Shown here: positions 1 to 12,789 of the stretch, in pieces | Numbering within the stretch: the first letter of the stretch is position 1 | How the letters are laid out: the number at the start of each line of letters is the position of its first letter | NCBI RefSeq assembly: GCF_000195955.2 | Contig: NC_000962.3 | Location: 4,290,001 to 4,322,000 of the forward strand | Direction of reading: 5' to 3' | Source: Mycobacterium tuberculosis H37Rv | GTDB lineage: Bacteria; Actinomycetota; Actinomycetes; Mycobacteriales; Mycobacteriaceae | Length of the DNA: 32,000 nt | Position numbers and translations under genes: made by a program | The notes under the pieces: model-generated | Told to the model about the DNA's origin: nothing | Seen by the model: the letters and a program-made list of their open reading frames with translations, nothing else | Database searches by the model: none

Positions 1-1529
1 GCCTGCCAGGACGTCCGGGCCTGCTCCAGCGACCGTCCAGCGGGTCGGGTAATGCCCCTGACCATCGCGACACCCGGCACTTGGCTCACCCGCTGCACCA
101 TCTGCTCTAGGTCGGCGAGAGCCTTCGGCGTGCGCAGATCCGTCGAGGATTGGATGAACAGGTACTCGGGAATGATCAGGTTAGACGGGAAATGCTTGTC
201 CAACGCGGCATACCCGATCGAACTCTCGACGGAAGCCGGAAGCGTCTTGCGATCGTCGTAGTTGTACCGGGCCAGTCCTGCGCAGCCGGCCAGAATAACC
301 AGCACCAGCGCGCTGGCGAGCAGATGAGTCTTGGGCCGACGCACGATGTGCACCCCCGAACTCCGCCAAAAGCGCCGGGTGAGGTCACGGCGCGGCGCGA
401 TCCAACCGCGACGCCCGGTCAGCACCATCAGGGCGGGTAGCAGTGTGACAGCTGCGAAGAAGACCACGGCTACCGAGATTCCCAACATCGGACCAACCGT
501 TTTGAGAATTCCCAGTTGGGTAAACACCATCCCGAGAAAGGTGATTGCTACGGTAGCCGCGGAGGCGGCGATCACCTTACCGATGGATGTCAATGCCTTC
601 TTGACGGCTTGATCCGAATCCGCGCCCTGCCGTAAATAGTCGTGATATCGACTAATCAGAAATACCGCGTAATCCGTTCCCGCACCGACCATCATCCCGC
701 TCATAAAAATAATGCTCTGGTTAGCAATACCGAGGCCCGCCAAGCCGGCTATTGCAACGAGGCGCTGTGCAACCACCACGGACATGCCAATTGTTATCAA
801 TGGCAACACCATGGTGATCGGATTCCCGTAGATGATCAGCAAAATGACCAACAACAGGATCGTGATCGCAAACTCGATGCGACTGCGGTCCCGTTGCCCG
901 GTGAGGTTCAGATCGGCGACGGTGGCCGCGGGCCCGGTCAGGTTAGCCGTCAGTGTCGAGCCTGCGACCTGGTGTTCGACGATGTCAGCGACGCGGGCGT
1001 ACGCCTGCTTGGACTGGGTCGAACCCAGGTCGCCGGGAAGGCCGACCGGCAGGATCCAGGCCTGATTGTCTTTGCTGGTCATGAGCTCCCGCAGGGGCGG
1101 TGTGGTGACGAAGTCCTGGAGCATCACGACGTCTCGAGTATCGCGTCGCAGGGCGTCAACCAGCTCTTTGTAGCTGCGTTCATCGGCCGCGCCGAGCCCT
1201 TTGGCATCGCTGAGCACCACCACCGCAACGCTCTGCAACCCGGCTTCACGAAATGCCGCGGTCATCTGCCGGGTCGAGACCAACACCGGGGCGTCCGATG
1301 GCAGAATCGCCACTGGATGCCGCTGGGAGATCGCGTCCAGGGACGGCACCGTCGGCGCAAGCAGACCCGCAAGCGCGACCCAGAAGGCGATCACCACCCA
1401 CGGCCTTCGGACGATAAGGCGCCCTAGCCGCGGAAAGACACCCCCGTCACCGGTTGGCCTAAGCGGTTTCGATCGTAAGTTCGTCGAGGGTCTCGGTGTT
1501 CTGACAGGCTGCATCAAGACGTCGCACAT
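1..1529 (-). CDS. mmpL8: MmpL-family RND lipid transporter (SL-1 precursor export), N-terminal ~509 codons; runs off the left edge
   Basis: Absent from the ORF track because it has no stop in the window. Manual reverse translation from ATG 1529..1527 gives [100 protein letters not shown]..., a typical MmpL N-terminus. It is adjacent to papA1/pks2 as in the SL-1 locus. Confidence 0.9.
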   Translation of the reverse strand, partial: MCDVLMQPVRTPRPSTNLRSKPLRPTGDGGVFPRLGRLIVRRPWVVIAFWVALAGLLAPTVPSLDAISQRHPVAILPSDAPVLVSTRQMTAAFREAGLQSVAVVVLSDAKGLGAADERSYKELVDALRRDTRDVVMLQDFVTTPPLRELMTSKDNQAWILPVGLPGDLGSTQSKQAYARVADIVEHQVAGSTLTANLTGPAATVADLNLTGQRDRSRIEFAITILLLVILLIIYGNPITMVLPLITIGMSVVVAQRLVAIAGLAGLGIANQSIIFMSGMMVGAGTDYAVFLISRYHDYLRQGADSDQAVKKALTSIGKVIAASAATVAITFLGMVFTQLGILKTVGPMLGISVAVVFFAAVTLLPALMVLTGRRGWIAPRRDLTRRFWRSSGVHIVRRPKTHLLASALVLVILAGCAGLARYNYDDRKTLPASVESSIGYAALDKHFPSNLIIPEYLFIQSSTDLRTPKALADLEQMVQRVSQVPGVAMVRGITRPAGRSLEQARTSWQ

Positions 1530-1638
1530 TCCTCATCTGCTCCGCACGTGCCCGCCTTGAGCGCCAGCCGTGGTGGTCGCTGTGAGGCGAGTGAGACAGC
1601 AGGGGATCGGTCACCTGACGAATTTACGTGCGCAACCA

Positions 1639-3174
1639 CTAAGCTTCTCTATCTACCGTCACATTCGCAACCTTTAGATTGCAGATATCGATAAAATCAC
1701 CCGCGCGACAAGACCGCCATGTCATCCTTTCGATGTTATTTCGCCGGCCTGGGGAAAGCGCAACGACGTTGCCTACACGTTCCGCCGTCCCACCGTTGGC
1801 AATGCGCATACACACCGATCTAATTGCCCTCAGATATGCGGTAACGGATTCGCGAGCGACCGGATTATCTGGGAATAGCACGCTCGCCGCGGTCTCGTCG
1901 AAACGACCGACCATCGTACTTAGCGGATAGGTGACCCTCCCGTCGCTGTAGGTACCAACGTTGAGGCCCTCGAACAGTTTCGTCACCGCCGAGAGCGGTC
2001 CCACTTGTGCGTCGAAAAAGTTCACCAGGGAAAAAAGCGGTTGGGGCCTGCGCAGCGACGGCGACAATTCGACGACCCGTTCGAACGGCACTTTCGCCAG
2101 ATCCGCACCAGTATCGAAGGAGGTCTGCGCGATTCGTGCAATCTCGTTAAAGGACAATCCGGCGACTGGAACGGTCACCGGGATCTGCCCGGTGAACCAC
2201 CCCTGCGTCATAAGGTCGGCTGGTGTGCGGATATCTTTGGGAGTAATTCCAAAATAGGTATCGGCGCCGGTCAACTCGTGTATCGCGATGGCGATGCAAG
2301 CCAGCATGCCACCAATGAAACGAGCGTTCGCCGCCATGCAGGCGGATTCGAATCGCTGTGTTTGCTGCTCGTCCATTAGCATCATGCTGAGCAGGTCGCC
2401 GCCGCAGCGTACAGACGGATCTCCGAGGGGCAGCGGAAATTCCGGGAAAGTTCCGTTATTGATTTCGGCGAAGTCGATCCACGCGCGCACCTCCGGGGAA
2501 TCGACGGTCAACGCCGAGGTGTACTCGTGCTGCCTGACGCAGAAGTCCACATAGCTGCCAGCCTCCGATAACCCAATCGGTGGCTCACCCATTATCAGCG
2601 CGGTGTACATCGACTGGAACTCCATGAGTCCGACTCCTACGAACTGACCGTCCGCATGCAGATGATCGATGCTGGCATAGAACGTGAAGGAGTCTGCTCG
2701 CTGAATGACTCCGAAGCTGAAGCAGTCCCAATGAAGCGAATCCGGTGTCGCCACGATGTGCTGTCGCAGGTCCGCGCTCGTCATCTCGCCATGTGTGGTC
2801 GGAACAAATTCGATATCCGCCGGATCGGCGATGCTGTGCCGAACGATGTGGTCGGTATCTCGAAGCTCGAACCAGCTGCGGTATGTATCGTGCCGACGAA
2901 GGTGCGCATTGATGACATAGGTCATGGCGCGCAGATCGCAGTGACCAAACACCTCAACGGACGCAATGAGCAGCCGCGAGTGATCGAGCCCCCGGGCAGC
3001 CTGCTCAGAAAAGCTCCGAATTTGTCTGGCTTGTACATAACTGGGAGGCACAGCACTCACCGGCGCTGCAAGGGCTTTCGCGCACGAGGCAGGTGTTGGG
3101 TGCCACGAAACTAACACGCCGGGCGCTGGGTCCCAGTCTTTGACCGCTGACAACTCTACTGGTCCTATTCGCAC
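1639..3174 (-). CDS. papA1: Polyketide-associated acyltransferase PapA1 (SL-1 biosynthesis)
   Basis: 511-aa ORF. Condensation-type HxxxDG motif in '[11 protein letters not shown]'. GTG start preceded by AGGAG on the minus strand. Lies immediately downstream of pks2. Confidence 0.93.
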
Positions 3175-3224
3175 TAATAGCTCCTATTTCAGCGCGTGCG
3201 GAATACGTATGCGGCGAAACGTTC

Positions 3225-6200
3225 TTACTGTGACGACAGCGCGGCAGCAGGAGCGTCGTCGGGCGCCAGCTGTTCATACAAGTGATCCGCTAAGCCCCGC
3301 ACCGTGGCGCTGACGTTCTTGGGTGCCAACCGGATTCCGGTCTCGGTCTCGATCCGAGTGCGCAGCTCTAGTGCGCCCAACGAATCAAGTCCATACTCGG
3401 GTAGCGGGCGGTCAGGGTCGACGGTGCGCCGCAGAATCAGGCTGACCTGCTCGGCGACCAGCTGCCGAAGCCGCGCCGGCCACTCGTCGCGTGGCAGCTC
3501 GTTCAGCTCGACGCGGAATTTGCTTGTGCCCGAACCGTTGCTGCTGGAGAACACTTCGAAAAACCGGCTGCGCTCTGCGAAGGCGACCAGCCACGGGGCT
3601 CCGATGACCGGGGCATAGCCGGTATAGACGCGGTTGTGGCGCAATAGCGCCTCGAACGCGTAAGCACCTTCGTCGGGAGTGATCGCCGTGTAGTTGCTTT
3701 CCTCCAATGCCGAAGCCCGCGCGGGCGATGCCGACCACCACCCCAACTGGCCGATATCCGACCAGGCTCCCCACGCGATCGCGGTAGCCGGCAGGCCCTG
3801 AGCTTGCCGCCAATGCGCGAAGGCGTCCAGCCAGCTGTTGGCCGCTGAGTAGGCACTCTGTCCCGGCGAGCCGGTGAGAGCTGCCGCCGACGAAAACAAG
3901 CAGAACCAGTCAAGCGGCTGTCCGCTGGTTGCTTCATGCAACTCCCAGGCACCGTGAACCTTTGGCGCCCAGTCGCGCGCCAGCAACTCGTCGGTGATAT
4001 TGGCCAAGGTGGCGTCCTCGACCACCGCGGCCGCGTGTAGCACGCCTCGTACCGGAAGCCCGGTGGCCACAGCGGTCGCCACCAACCGCTCCGCGGTACC
4101 CGGTTGGGCGATGTCACCGCATTCCACCACGACTTCAGAGCCCATCGCCGCGATGGCCTCGATCGTTTCCCTCATCTTTTGCGTCGGCTGGGTGCGGGAA
4201 TTCAGCACGATCCGGCCGCAACCGGCCGCGGCCATCTTCTCGGCCAGGAACAGCCCTAGCCCACCGAGGCCGCCGGTGATGATGTAGGAGCCGTCGGGAC
4301 GGAACACCTGAGCTTGTTCCGGAGGCAGGGTAACGAGGCTTTTTCCGGTCTGTGGGATGTGGAGGACGAGTTTGCCGGTGTGCTCGGCGTTGCCCATCAC
4401 ACGGATGGCGGTGGCCGCCTCGACGAGGGGGTAATGGGTGCTCTGCGGCATCGGCAACTCGCCGGCTGCGGTCAAGCGATAGACCGTGCCGAGCAGGTCG
4501 CGCAGCTCTTCTGGGTGTGTCGCAGACAGCAACCCCAGGTCTACGGCGTAGAAGGACAGGTTGCGCCGGAAGGGAAAGAGCCCCAGCTTGGTGTCACCAT
4601 AGATGTCGCGCTTGCCAATCTCGACGAACCGTCCCCGGAAGGCGAGCAGTTTCAGCCCGGCAAGTTGCGCGGCGCCGGTCACCGAGTTGAGCACGACATC
4701 GACACCCCGGCCGTTAGTGTCCCGCCGAATCTGCTCGGCGAACTCGATGCTGCGCGAGTCATAGACATGCTCAATACCCATGTTGCGCAATAGCTCTCGA
4801 CGCTGTGGGGTACCGGCGGTGGCGAAGATCTCAGCGCCCGCCGCGCGGGCTATAGCGATCGCCGCTTGTCCGACCCCGCCGGTGCCGGAGTGAATTAGCA
4901 CCGTGTCACCCGCCCTAATCCGGGCGAGCTCATGCAGTCCGTACCAGGCGGTGGCGTGCGCGGTGGTCACCGCAGCGGCCTGTGCGTCACCCAGGCCCGG
5001 TGGCAGCGTCGCGGCCAGCCGAGCGTCACACGTGACGAATGTGCCCCAGCAGCCGTTAGGCGACATGCCACCAACATGGTCACCAACCTTGTGGTCAGTG
5101 ACGCCTGGTCCGACCGCGGTCACCACGCCGGCGAAATCCGTGCCCAGCTGGGGCAGGTGTCCCTCGAAGCTGGGGTAGCGACCGAAAGCGATGAGTACAT
5201 CGGCAAAGTTGACGCTGGACGCACGGACCGCAACCTCGATCTGTCCTGGTCCTGGTGGAACGCGGTGAAACGCGGCCAGCTCTATCGTTTGCATATCGCC
5301 GGGGGTACGGATCTGCAGGCGCATGCCGCTCTGCTGATGATCCGCGACGATGGTGCGCCGCTCCTGAGGACGCAACGGGGTCGGACACAAGCGCGCCACG
5401 TACCACTCGTTGTCTCGCCAGGCGGTCTCGTCTTCTTCCGACGTGGCCAGCAATTGGCGTGCCAGCTGCTCGACACCGGTCTGTTCGTCCACGTCGATCT
5501 GGGTGGCACGCAGGTGAGGGTGCTCGGCGCCGATCGTCCGCAGTAGACCACGCAGCCCGCCCTGCTCAAGATTGACGCAGTCGTCGGCCAGCACCCGCTG
5601 GGCACCCCGCGTCACGACGTACATGCGCGGCACCGCCCCGGGAAGGTCTGACAATTCGCGAGCGATACCCACCAGCCGGCGAACGTACTCAGCGCCGCGA
5701 TCCGCGCTCCCCTGATGCGGCGTACCGGTGTTCGACCCGGTGAGCACGACCACGCCGCTAAACTCGTCGCTACCAACTTGATCGCGTAGCTGGTCGGCGG
5801 CGGCCAACTGGTCGTCGTGCAGTGGCCACCGCATCGTCGTGCACGCCGCGCTGTGTTCCCTAAACGCGTCCGCTAGCCGGGTAGCGGTCACATCAGAGGC
5901 AGCGCAGTCACTGATCAGCAGCCATTTTCCAGCGCCAGAGGGGTCCATCTCGGGCAGCTCACGCTGGTGCCATTCGATGGTGAGTAAGCGCTCATTCAGC
6001 ACCCGATTGTGTTTGTCGCGCTCGGACACTCCCGTACCGATTCGCAGTCCGCACACGGCCAGCAACACCGTGCCGTGCGCGTCCAGCACGTCGATATCGG
6101 CCTCGACGCCGACCAACTCGACTTTGGTCACCCGCGTGTAGCAATAGCGAGCGGTACGCACCGGAGCATAGGCACGGACTCGGCGCACCCCCAACGGCAC

Positions 6201-9200
6201 CAATAGGCCGCTACCTACCGACTGGCTATCGGGATGCGCGCCGACCGACTGGAAACAGGCATCCAGGAGGGCCGGGTGGATTGCGTACAGGCCCTGCTGC
6301 GAACGAATCGAGCCGGGCAGCGCGACTTCGGCCAGCATTGTGGCGGTCGCATCCTCCGCGACATAGGCCACGGCCAGGCCGGTGAAGGCCGGACCATATT
6401 GCACACCGTGCTTGTCGAATTGCCGGCGCAGATCCTCACCGTCCACGCGGCAAGGGTGGGCTTCCAATAAGGAGGCCATGTCGTACGCCGGCGGCTCGCA
6501 TTCGCCGGATACCTGCTGCAGCACCGCCGACGCACGCCGCAAGTGATGCCCAACGCCTTCCTGCAAGGCCTCGACGGCGAAGTCGACGACACCGGGCGAG
6601 GTCACCGTTGCCACGGTGGACACCGGGGTCTGGTCATCCAGCAGCAGCATCGCCTCAAAGCGCATGTCGCGTACTTCGGACTGCTCGCCGAGGACGGCAC
6701 GGGCCGCAGACAACGCCATCTCGCAGTAGGCGGCCCCTGGAAGAGCAGCCACGTTGTGTATCCGGTGATCGCCCAACCAGGGCAAGGTTGCGGTACCAAC
6801 ATCGGCCTGCCAGGCGTGGCGTTCCGGCTCTTCGGGCAATCGCACGTGTGCGCCCAACAACGGGTGCACGGCTACCGTGGAGCCACCCGGCGACCGATTG
6901 TCAACGCCTTCGCGGTCATAGAACAGGAACCGGTGCGACCACGCCGGCAGCGGAGCATCGACCAAGCGGCCTTGGGGACAGAGCACCGAGAAGTCCACTG
7001 CCGCACCAGCGTTGTGCAGATCCGTCAGCAGGCGACGGAGCCCCAGCGGCAATGGCTGCTCCCGCCGCATACCGGCCAGCGCGGCAACCGGCATGCCTAC
7101 ACTGCCGGCAATCTGATCGACCGCGTGGGTCAGCAGCGGGTGCGGCGAAAGCTCGGCGAAGACTCGGTACCCGTCGTCGAGCGCCGAGCGCACCGCAGCG
7201 GAGAACCGCACGGTGTGGCGCAAATTGTCGGCCCAGTAACGCGCGTCGCACGCCGGCGCTTCGCGCGGGTCGAAAAGCGTCGCCGAATAGTAGGGAATCT
7301 CAGGAGCTTTCGGATTCAGGTCGGCCAGCGCAGCTATCAACTCGTCGAGGATCGGATCCACCTGCGGCGAATGCGAAGCCACGTCGACGGCCACCGCCCG
7401 CGCCAGCACGTCTCGCCGCTCCCATATGTCGACCAGCTTGCGCACCGACTCGGTGCCTCCGGCGATCACGGTGGACTGCGGCGCGGTCACCACGGCGACC
7501 ACCACATCGTCGATGCCTAGAGCGGTCAATTCCGACTGCACAGCTAAGGCAGGCAACTCCACCGACGCCATCGCCGCGGAACCGGCGATCGTCGCCATCA
7601 GTTTTGATCGTCGGCAGATGACGCGTACCCCATCTTCGGCTGACAGCACTCCTGCGACCACAGCCGCGGCCGACTCACCCATTGAGTGGCCGATCACGGC
7701 GCCCGGGCGCACTCCGTATGCCGCCATCGTGGCTGCCAACGCGACCTGCATCGCGAAGATGGTCGGCTGAACTCTGTCGATGCCAGTCACGGTCTCGGGC
7801 GCCGTCATCGCCTCGGTGACCGAGAACCCGGACTCCGCGGCGATCAATGGCTCTAGCTCCGCAACGGTCGCGGCGAACACCGATTCGTTCGTCAGCAGAT
7901 CGGCGCCCATCGCTGCCCACTGCGACCCTTGCCCGGAGAATAACCAGACCGGCCCGCGGTCATCCTGCCCCACCGCGGGCTGGTAAACGGTGTCACCGTC
8001 GGCGACCTCGCCCAAGCCGGCAATCAGCTCGTCGACGCTGCTCGCGATGACCGCCGTGCGCACCGACCGGTGCGTACGCCGCCGCGCCAGCGTGTACGCA
8101 AGATCCGAGAGCACCAGGGAGTCGGCGTGCTGCTGTATCCAGTCGGTCAACCGCTGAGCAGTCTGCCGCAGCGCGTCGGCCGAGGAAGCGGACAGCGTGA
8201 ACAAGGCAGGGGTGCCGGTCGGGGGGGTGCTCGCCGCGTGGGGCTGGGCTTCGGTTTGCGGAGCTTGCTCCACAACAGCGTGCACGTTCGTTCCCGAGAA
8301 CCCATAAGACGACACTGCCGCCCGCCGGGGCACCTGACGACCGTTGGTGGGCCACGGTGTGGTCACCTCGGGCACGAAGAGGTTGGTGGTGATGCCAGCA
8401 ATCTCATCGGGCAGCCGAGTGAAGTGCAGATTACGTGGAACCACACCATGTTTCAGAGCGAGAACCACCTTGATTAGCCCTAGCACCCCGGCGGTCGACT
8501 GGGTGTGTCCGAAGTTGGTCTTCACCGATGCGAGTGCGCACGGGCCGTCGACCCCATACACCTCGGAGACACTTGCATATTCAATGGGGTCACCGATCGG
8601 GGTGCCGGGGCCGTGCGCTTCGACCATGCCGACCGTCGCGGCGTCCACGCCACCGGCAGCCAACGCCGCTCGATAAGCCGCAACCTGTGCGGGCTGCGAA
8701 GGCGTCGCGATATTGACCGTGTGGCCATCCTGATTTGCGGACGTGCCACGAATTACCGCCAGGATCCGGTCACCGTCGGCCAATGCATCCGGCAACCGCT
8801 TGAGCACCACCACGGCACAACCCTCGCCTGACACGAACCCGTCAGCCGCGACATCGAACGCGCGACAACGTCCGGTCGGGGACAACATGCCCAAAGCGGA
8901 TCCAGCAGCGGCCTTGCGTGGCTCCAGCATCAAGGCGACACCCCCCGCCAAGGCAACGTCGCTTTCACCCTCGTGCAGGCTGCGACACGCCATGTGCACG
9001 GCCGTCAGGCCGGACGAGCATGCGGTATCAACGGTTATTGCCGGACCGTGCAGTCGCATCGCGTAGGCGACCCGGCCCGACGCCATGCTGAAGCTGTTGC
9101 CCAGATATCCGTACGGCTCCTCCAATTGTTTGGCGTCGGCCGCCACCATCGTGTAGTCACCATGGGTGACACCCGCGAACACGCCGGTCGCCGAGCCTGC

Positions 9201-9605
9201 CAGCGTTTGCTGAGTAAGACCGGCGTGCTCCATGGCCTCCCAGGACGTCTCCAGCAACAGACGTTGCTGCGGATCGATCGCAATCGCCTCCCGCTCGCCG
9301 ATGCCAAAGAACTCGCAATCGAAATCCGCGGGGTTATCCAGGAAACCGCCCCACTTGCACACCGTCCGACCGGGCACGCCCGGCTGCGGGTCGTAGAACT
9401 CGTCGCAATCCCACCGGTCCGGCGGCACCTCGGTGATCAGGTCGTCGCCTCGTAACAACGCCTTCCACAACAACTCGGGGGAATCGATCCCGCCGGGCAG
9501 CCGGCAAGCCATGCCGATAACAGCAACCGGAGTCACACGTGGTTCAGCCAACGTCCATGCACCCCTATCTGCACCAGTGCCTGACGCCGCCGACCCCAAG
9601 CCCAA
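3225..9605 (-). CDS. pks2: Type I polyketide synthase Pks2 (phthioceranic/hydroxyphthioceranic acid synthase), KS-AT-DH-ER-KR-ACP
   Basis: 2126-aa ORF. KS 'VDTACSSGL' (Cys about aa 196), AT 'GHSMGE', DH '[17 protein letters not shown]', ER '[13 protein letters not shown]', KR '[10 protein letters not shown]', ACP '[11 protein letters not shown]'. Confidence 0.97.
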
Positions 9606-9811
9606 TGCCGGAGGCGATACGTAGCCTAACTAGCAATCCTTCGATGTAGCTGTGTCTTTGGTGGCTCTTTAGTTCTAAGCGGCTGTGCTACTGGGGCACT
9701 GGGCCCTACTTCGGTTTGTCGTGGCATGGGCAGCCCGCGGTCTGCCGCAGTCTGAAGTTCGCGGCCTGAGCGCGCGCTATCTTCCACGCCGGGCCGGTAG
9801 TCTGACGCTTC

Positions 9812-11566
9812 ATGGTTTCGCTTTCCATCCCCTCGATGTTGCGCCAGTGCGTCAACCTGCACCCGGACGGCACGGCATTCACTTACATCGATTACGAACG
9901 GGATTCGGAGGGCATAAGTGAAAGCCTGACGTGGTCGCAGGTGTATCGGCGAACCCTAAACGTTGCAGCAGAAGTCCGCCGCCATGCCGCAATTGGTGAC
10001 CGTGCAGTGATATTGGCCCCACAAGGACTCGATTATATTGTTGCTTTTCTGGGCGCTTTACAGGCCGGTCTTATTGCGGTTCCACTTTCGGCTCCGCTCG
10101 GCGGCGCCAGCGATGAACGTGTTGACGCGGTAGTGCGTGACGCGAAACCCAATGTCGTTCTGACAACATCCGCGATAATGGGCGATGTCGTCCCGCGCGT
10201 TACGCCACCGCCCGGTATTGCCAGCCCGCCAACGGTTGCGGTCGATCAACTAGATCTGGACTCGCCGATACGATCTAATATTGTGGACGATTCTCTCCAA
10301 ACAACCGCATATTTGCAGTATACGTCGGGATCGACCCGCACACCTGCCGGTGTAATGATTACCTACAAGAATATATTGGCAAATTTCCAGCAGATGATTT
10401 CCGCCTATTTCGCCGACACCGGAGCCGTACCGCCATTGGACCTTTTCATTATGTCGTGGCTACCGTTCTATCATGACATGGGTTTGGTTCTGGGAGTTTG
10501 TGCGCCGATTATCGTAGGATGCGGCGCTGTGCTCACAAGCCCGGTGGCGTTTCTGCAGCGACCAGCCCGGTGGCTGCAATTGATGGCACGCGAGGGCCAG
10601 GCGTTTTCGGCGGCACCGAACTTCGCCTTCGAACTGACGGCAGCAAAAGCAATAGATGACGACTTGGCCGGGCTCGACCTTGGACGGATCAAAACCATCC
10701 TCTGCGGCAGTGAAAGGGTGCATCCGGCGACCCTCAAGCGCTTTGTCGACCGGTTTAGCCGTTTCAATCTTCGAGAATTCGCAATTCGGCCCGCGTACGG
10801 ACTCGCGGAAGCCACGGTGTATGTGGCGACCAGCCAAGCCGGCCAACCCCCAGAAATCCGTTACTTCGAACCCCACGAACTTTCCGCTGGGCAGGCCAAG
10901 CCGTGCGCAACCGGGGCGGGCACAGCTCTGGTCAGTTACCCGCTGCCGCAATCACCCATTGTTCGGATCGTCGATCCCAACACCAATACCGAGTGCCCAC
11001 CCGGAACAATCGGTGAGATCTGGGTACACGGCGACAATGTCGCCGGCGGCTATTGGGAAAAGCCTGACGAGACTGAACGCACCTTCGGAGGAGCACTGGT
11101 CGCTCCCTCGGCCGGCACACCCGTAGGGCCTTGGCTACGAACTGGCGACTCGGGCTTCGTGTCTGAGGACAAGTTTTTCATCATCGGCAGAATAAAGGAT
11201 CTGTTGATTGTTTACGGCCGCAATCATTCTCCCGACGACATCGAGGCAACGATCCAGGAGATCACTCGGGGCCGCTGTGCGGCGATAGCGGTTCCGAGCA
11301 ATGGCGTGGAGAAGCTCGTTGCCATCGTCGAACTCAACAACCGCGGCAACTTGGACACAGAGAGGCTGAGCTTCGTCACGCGTGAAGTCACCTCGGCGAT
11401 ATCCACCTCGCATGGATTGAGCGTGTCGGATCTGGTTCTGGTGGCGCCCGGCTCGATTCCGATCACCACGAGCGGCAAGGTCAGACGTGCCGAGTGTGTG
11501 AAGCTGTATCGACACAACGAGTTCACCCGGTTGGACGCTAAGCCGTTGCAAGCGAGCGATCTTTAG
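9812..11566 (+). CDS. fadD23: Fatty acyl-AMP ligase FadD23 (loads Pks2)
   Basis: 584-aa ORF with ATG at 9812. AMP-binding motif '[15 protein letters not shown]'. Divergent from pks2. Confidence 0.93.
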
Positions 11567-12789
11567 TGGTCACGCGACTTGCACCCCGTCTCGGGGTTGT
11601 TCGGCAGCCATGCGGCTGCCTCCCTTCCGCGCTTCACAGCCACCAGCCGGGCAAGGCCCGGTCTTACGGTCGGCTCCACGCTTAACGACGGGAACCAGCG
11701 GTCGGCGACCACCAGCGCCGACCCGTACCAGCCCGTCTTGTAGGACAAGTGCCGGCGCGGAGTGCCCAGGGCCGAGTCCGACAGTCCGCGCCGGCGGGCG
11801 CGGGCGCCGGGAAGCCCCTTTTGCCGCAGCATCCCCGCAGCGTCCAAACCTTCAACAACGATGTGGCCGTGGGTTTGAGCCAATCGTGTTGTCAGGACAT
11901 GCAGGTGATGAGTGCGGACATCGTTGACCCGGCGATGCAGCCGGGAAATCTCGGTGGTGCGCTCGCGGTAGCGCCGTGAGCCTTTCGTGCACCGCGACCG
12001 CGCACGGCTGGCGTACCGTAGCTCTTTGAGTGCCGTGTCGAGTGGCCGTGGATTGGGCACTTCTTCGAGCACTGCGCCCGCCTCGTTGGCGACCGTGGCC
12101 AGCCGGCGCACCCCGACGTCAACGCCAACCCGTGAACCGGGCTGTGCCACGTTGGGCTGCTGCGGGCGTTGCACGAGGACCCGCACACTGGCGTCGAGCC
12201 GGGTGCCGTTACGGCGCACCGAGATTGCCAGCACCCGCGCCCGGCCTGTGGCGATGAGCCGTTCAATCCGGCGTGTGTTCTCGTGCGTACGGACGGTCCC
12301 GACGACCGGAAGTGTGAGATGACGGCGATCAGGTTCGACGCGCATCGCTCCGGTCGTGAATGTCACGCGGTCCTGATCGCGGCCTTTCTTCTTGAACCGG
12401 GGGAAGCCCATTGTCTTGCCCTCACGTTTACCGGATCGGGAGTTCTGCCAGTTCCAGTACGCATCGACAGCGCCGCCAATGCCGTCGGCGTAAGCCTCTT
12501 TCGAGCACTCCGGCCACCACACCGCCCCGGTCTCGGCGTTGACACACACCTCGTCCTTGACGGTGTTCCACCGTTTACGAAGCACCCGCAGCGACGGCTT
12601 GACAGTCCCGATACCAGTAACGCGCCACGCCTCGATATCGGCTTTCAAAGTAGCGACCGCCCAGTTGTAGGCCTTGCGGCGAGCGCCGAAATGCCGCGCC
12701 AGCGCGCGGGCCTGGTCCTCGGTTGGGTCCAGCGTGAACCGGAACGCCTGCACACACCAGCCTTCTGGCACCTCGAATCTGGCCATCAA
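11563..12789 (-). CDS. tnpB: TnpB / IS605-OrfB-family protein, C-terminally truncated or decayed
   Basis: 408-aa ORF. RuvC-I Asp in 'VGVDVGV' and RuvC-II Glu in 'IVVEGLD' are present. The 'ADRWFPS' motif is followed by unrelated sequence instead of the SKTCSxCG zinc finger and DRDxNAA RuvC-III motif. Codon 1 is TTG and codon 2 is ATG (12786). Confidence 0.85.

Noticed and set aside
642-1427. 261-aa plus-strand ORF
   Set aside because: It lies entirely antisense to the well-supported mmpL8 reading frame. The composition is Arg/Gly/His/Gln-rich with no recognisable domain. This is a typical shadow ORF of high-GC DNA.
6543-7621. Two long plus-strand ORFs (325 and 337 aa) inside pks2
   Set aside because: They are antisense to the pks2 AT/DH region. 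The sequences are Arg/Pro/Ala-rich and low-complexity, and the pks2 frame carries unambiguous catalytic motifs. They are high-GC shadow frames.
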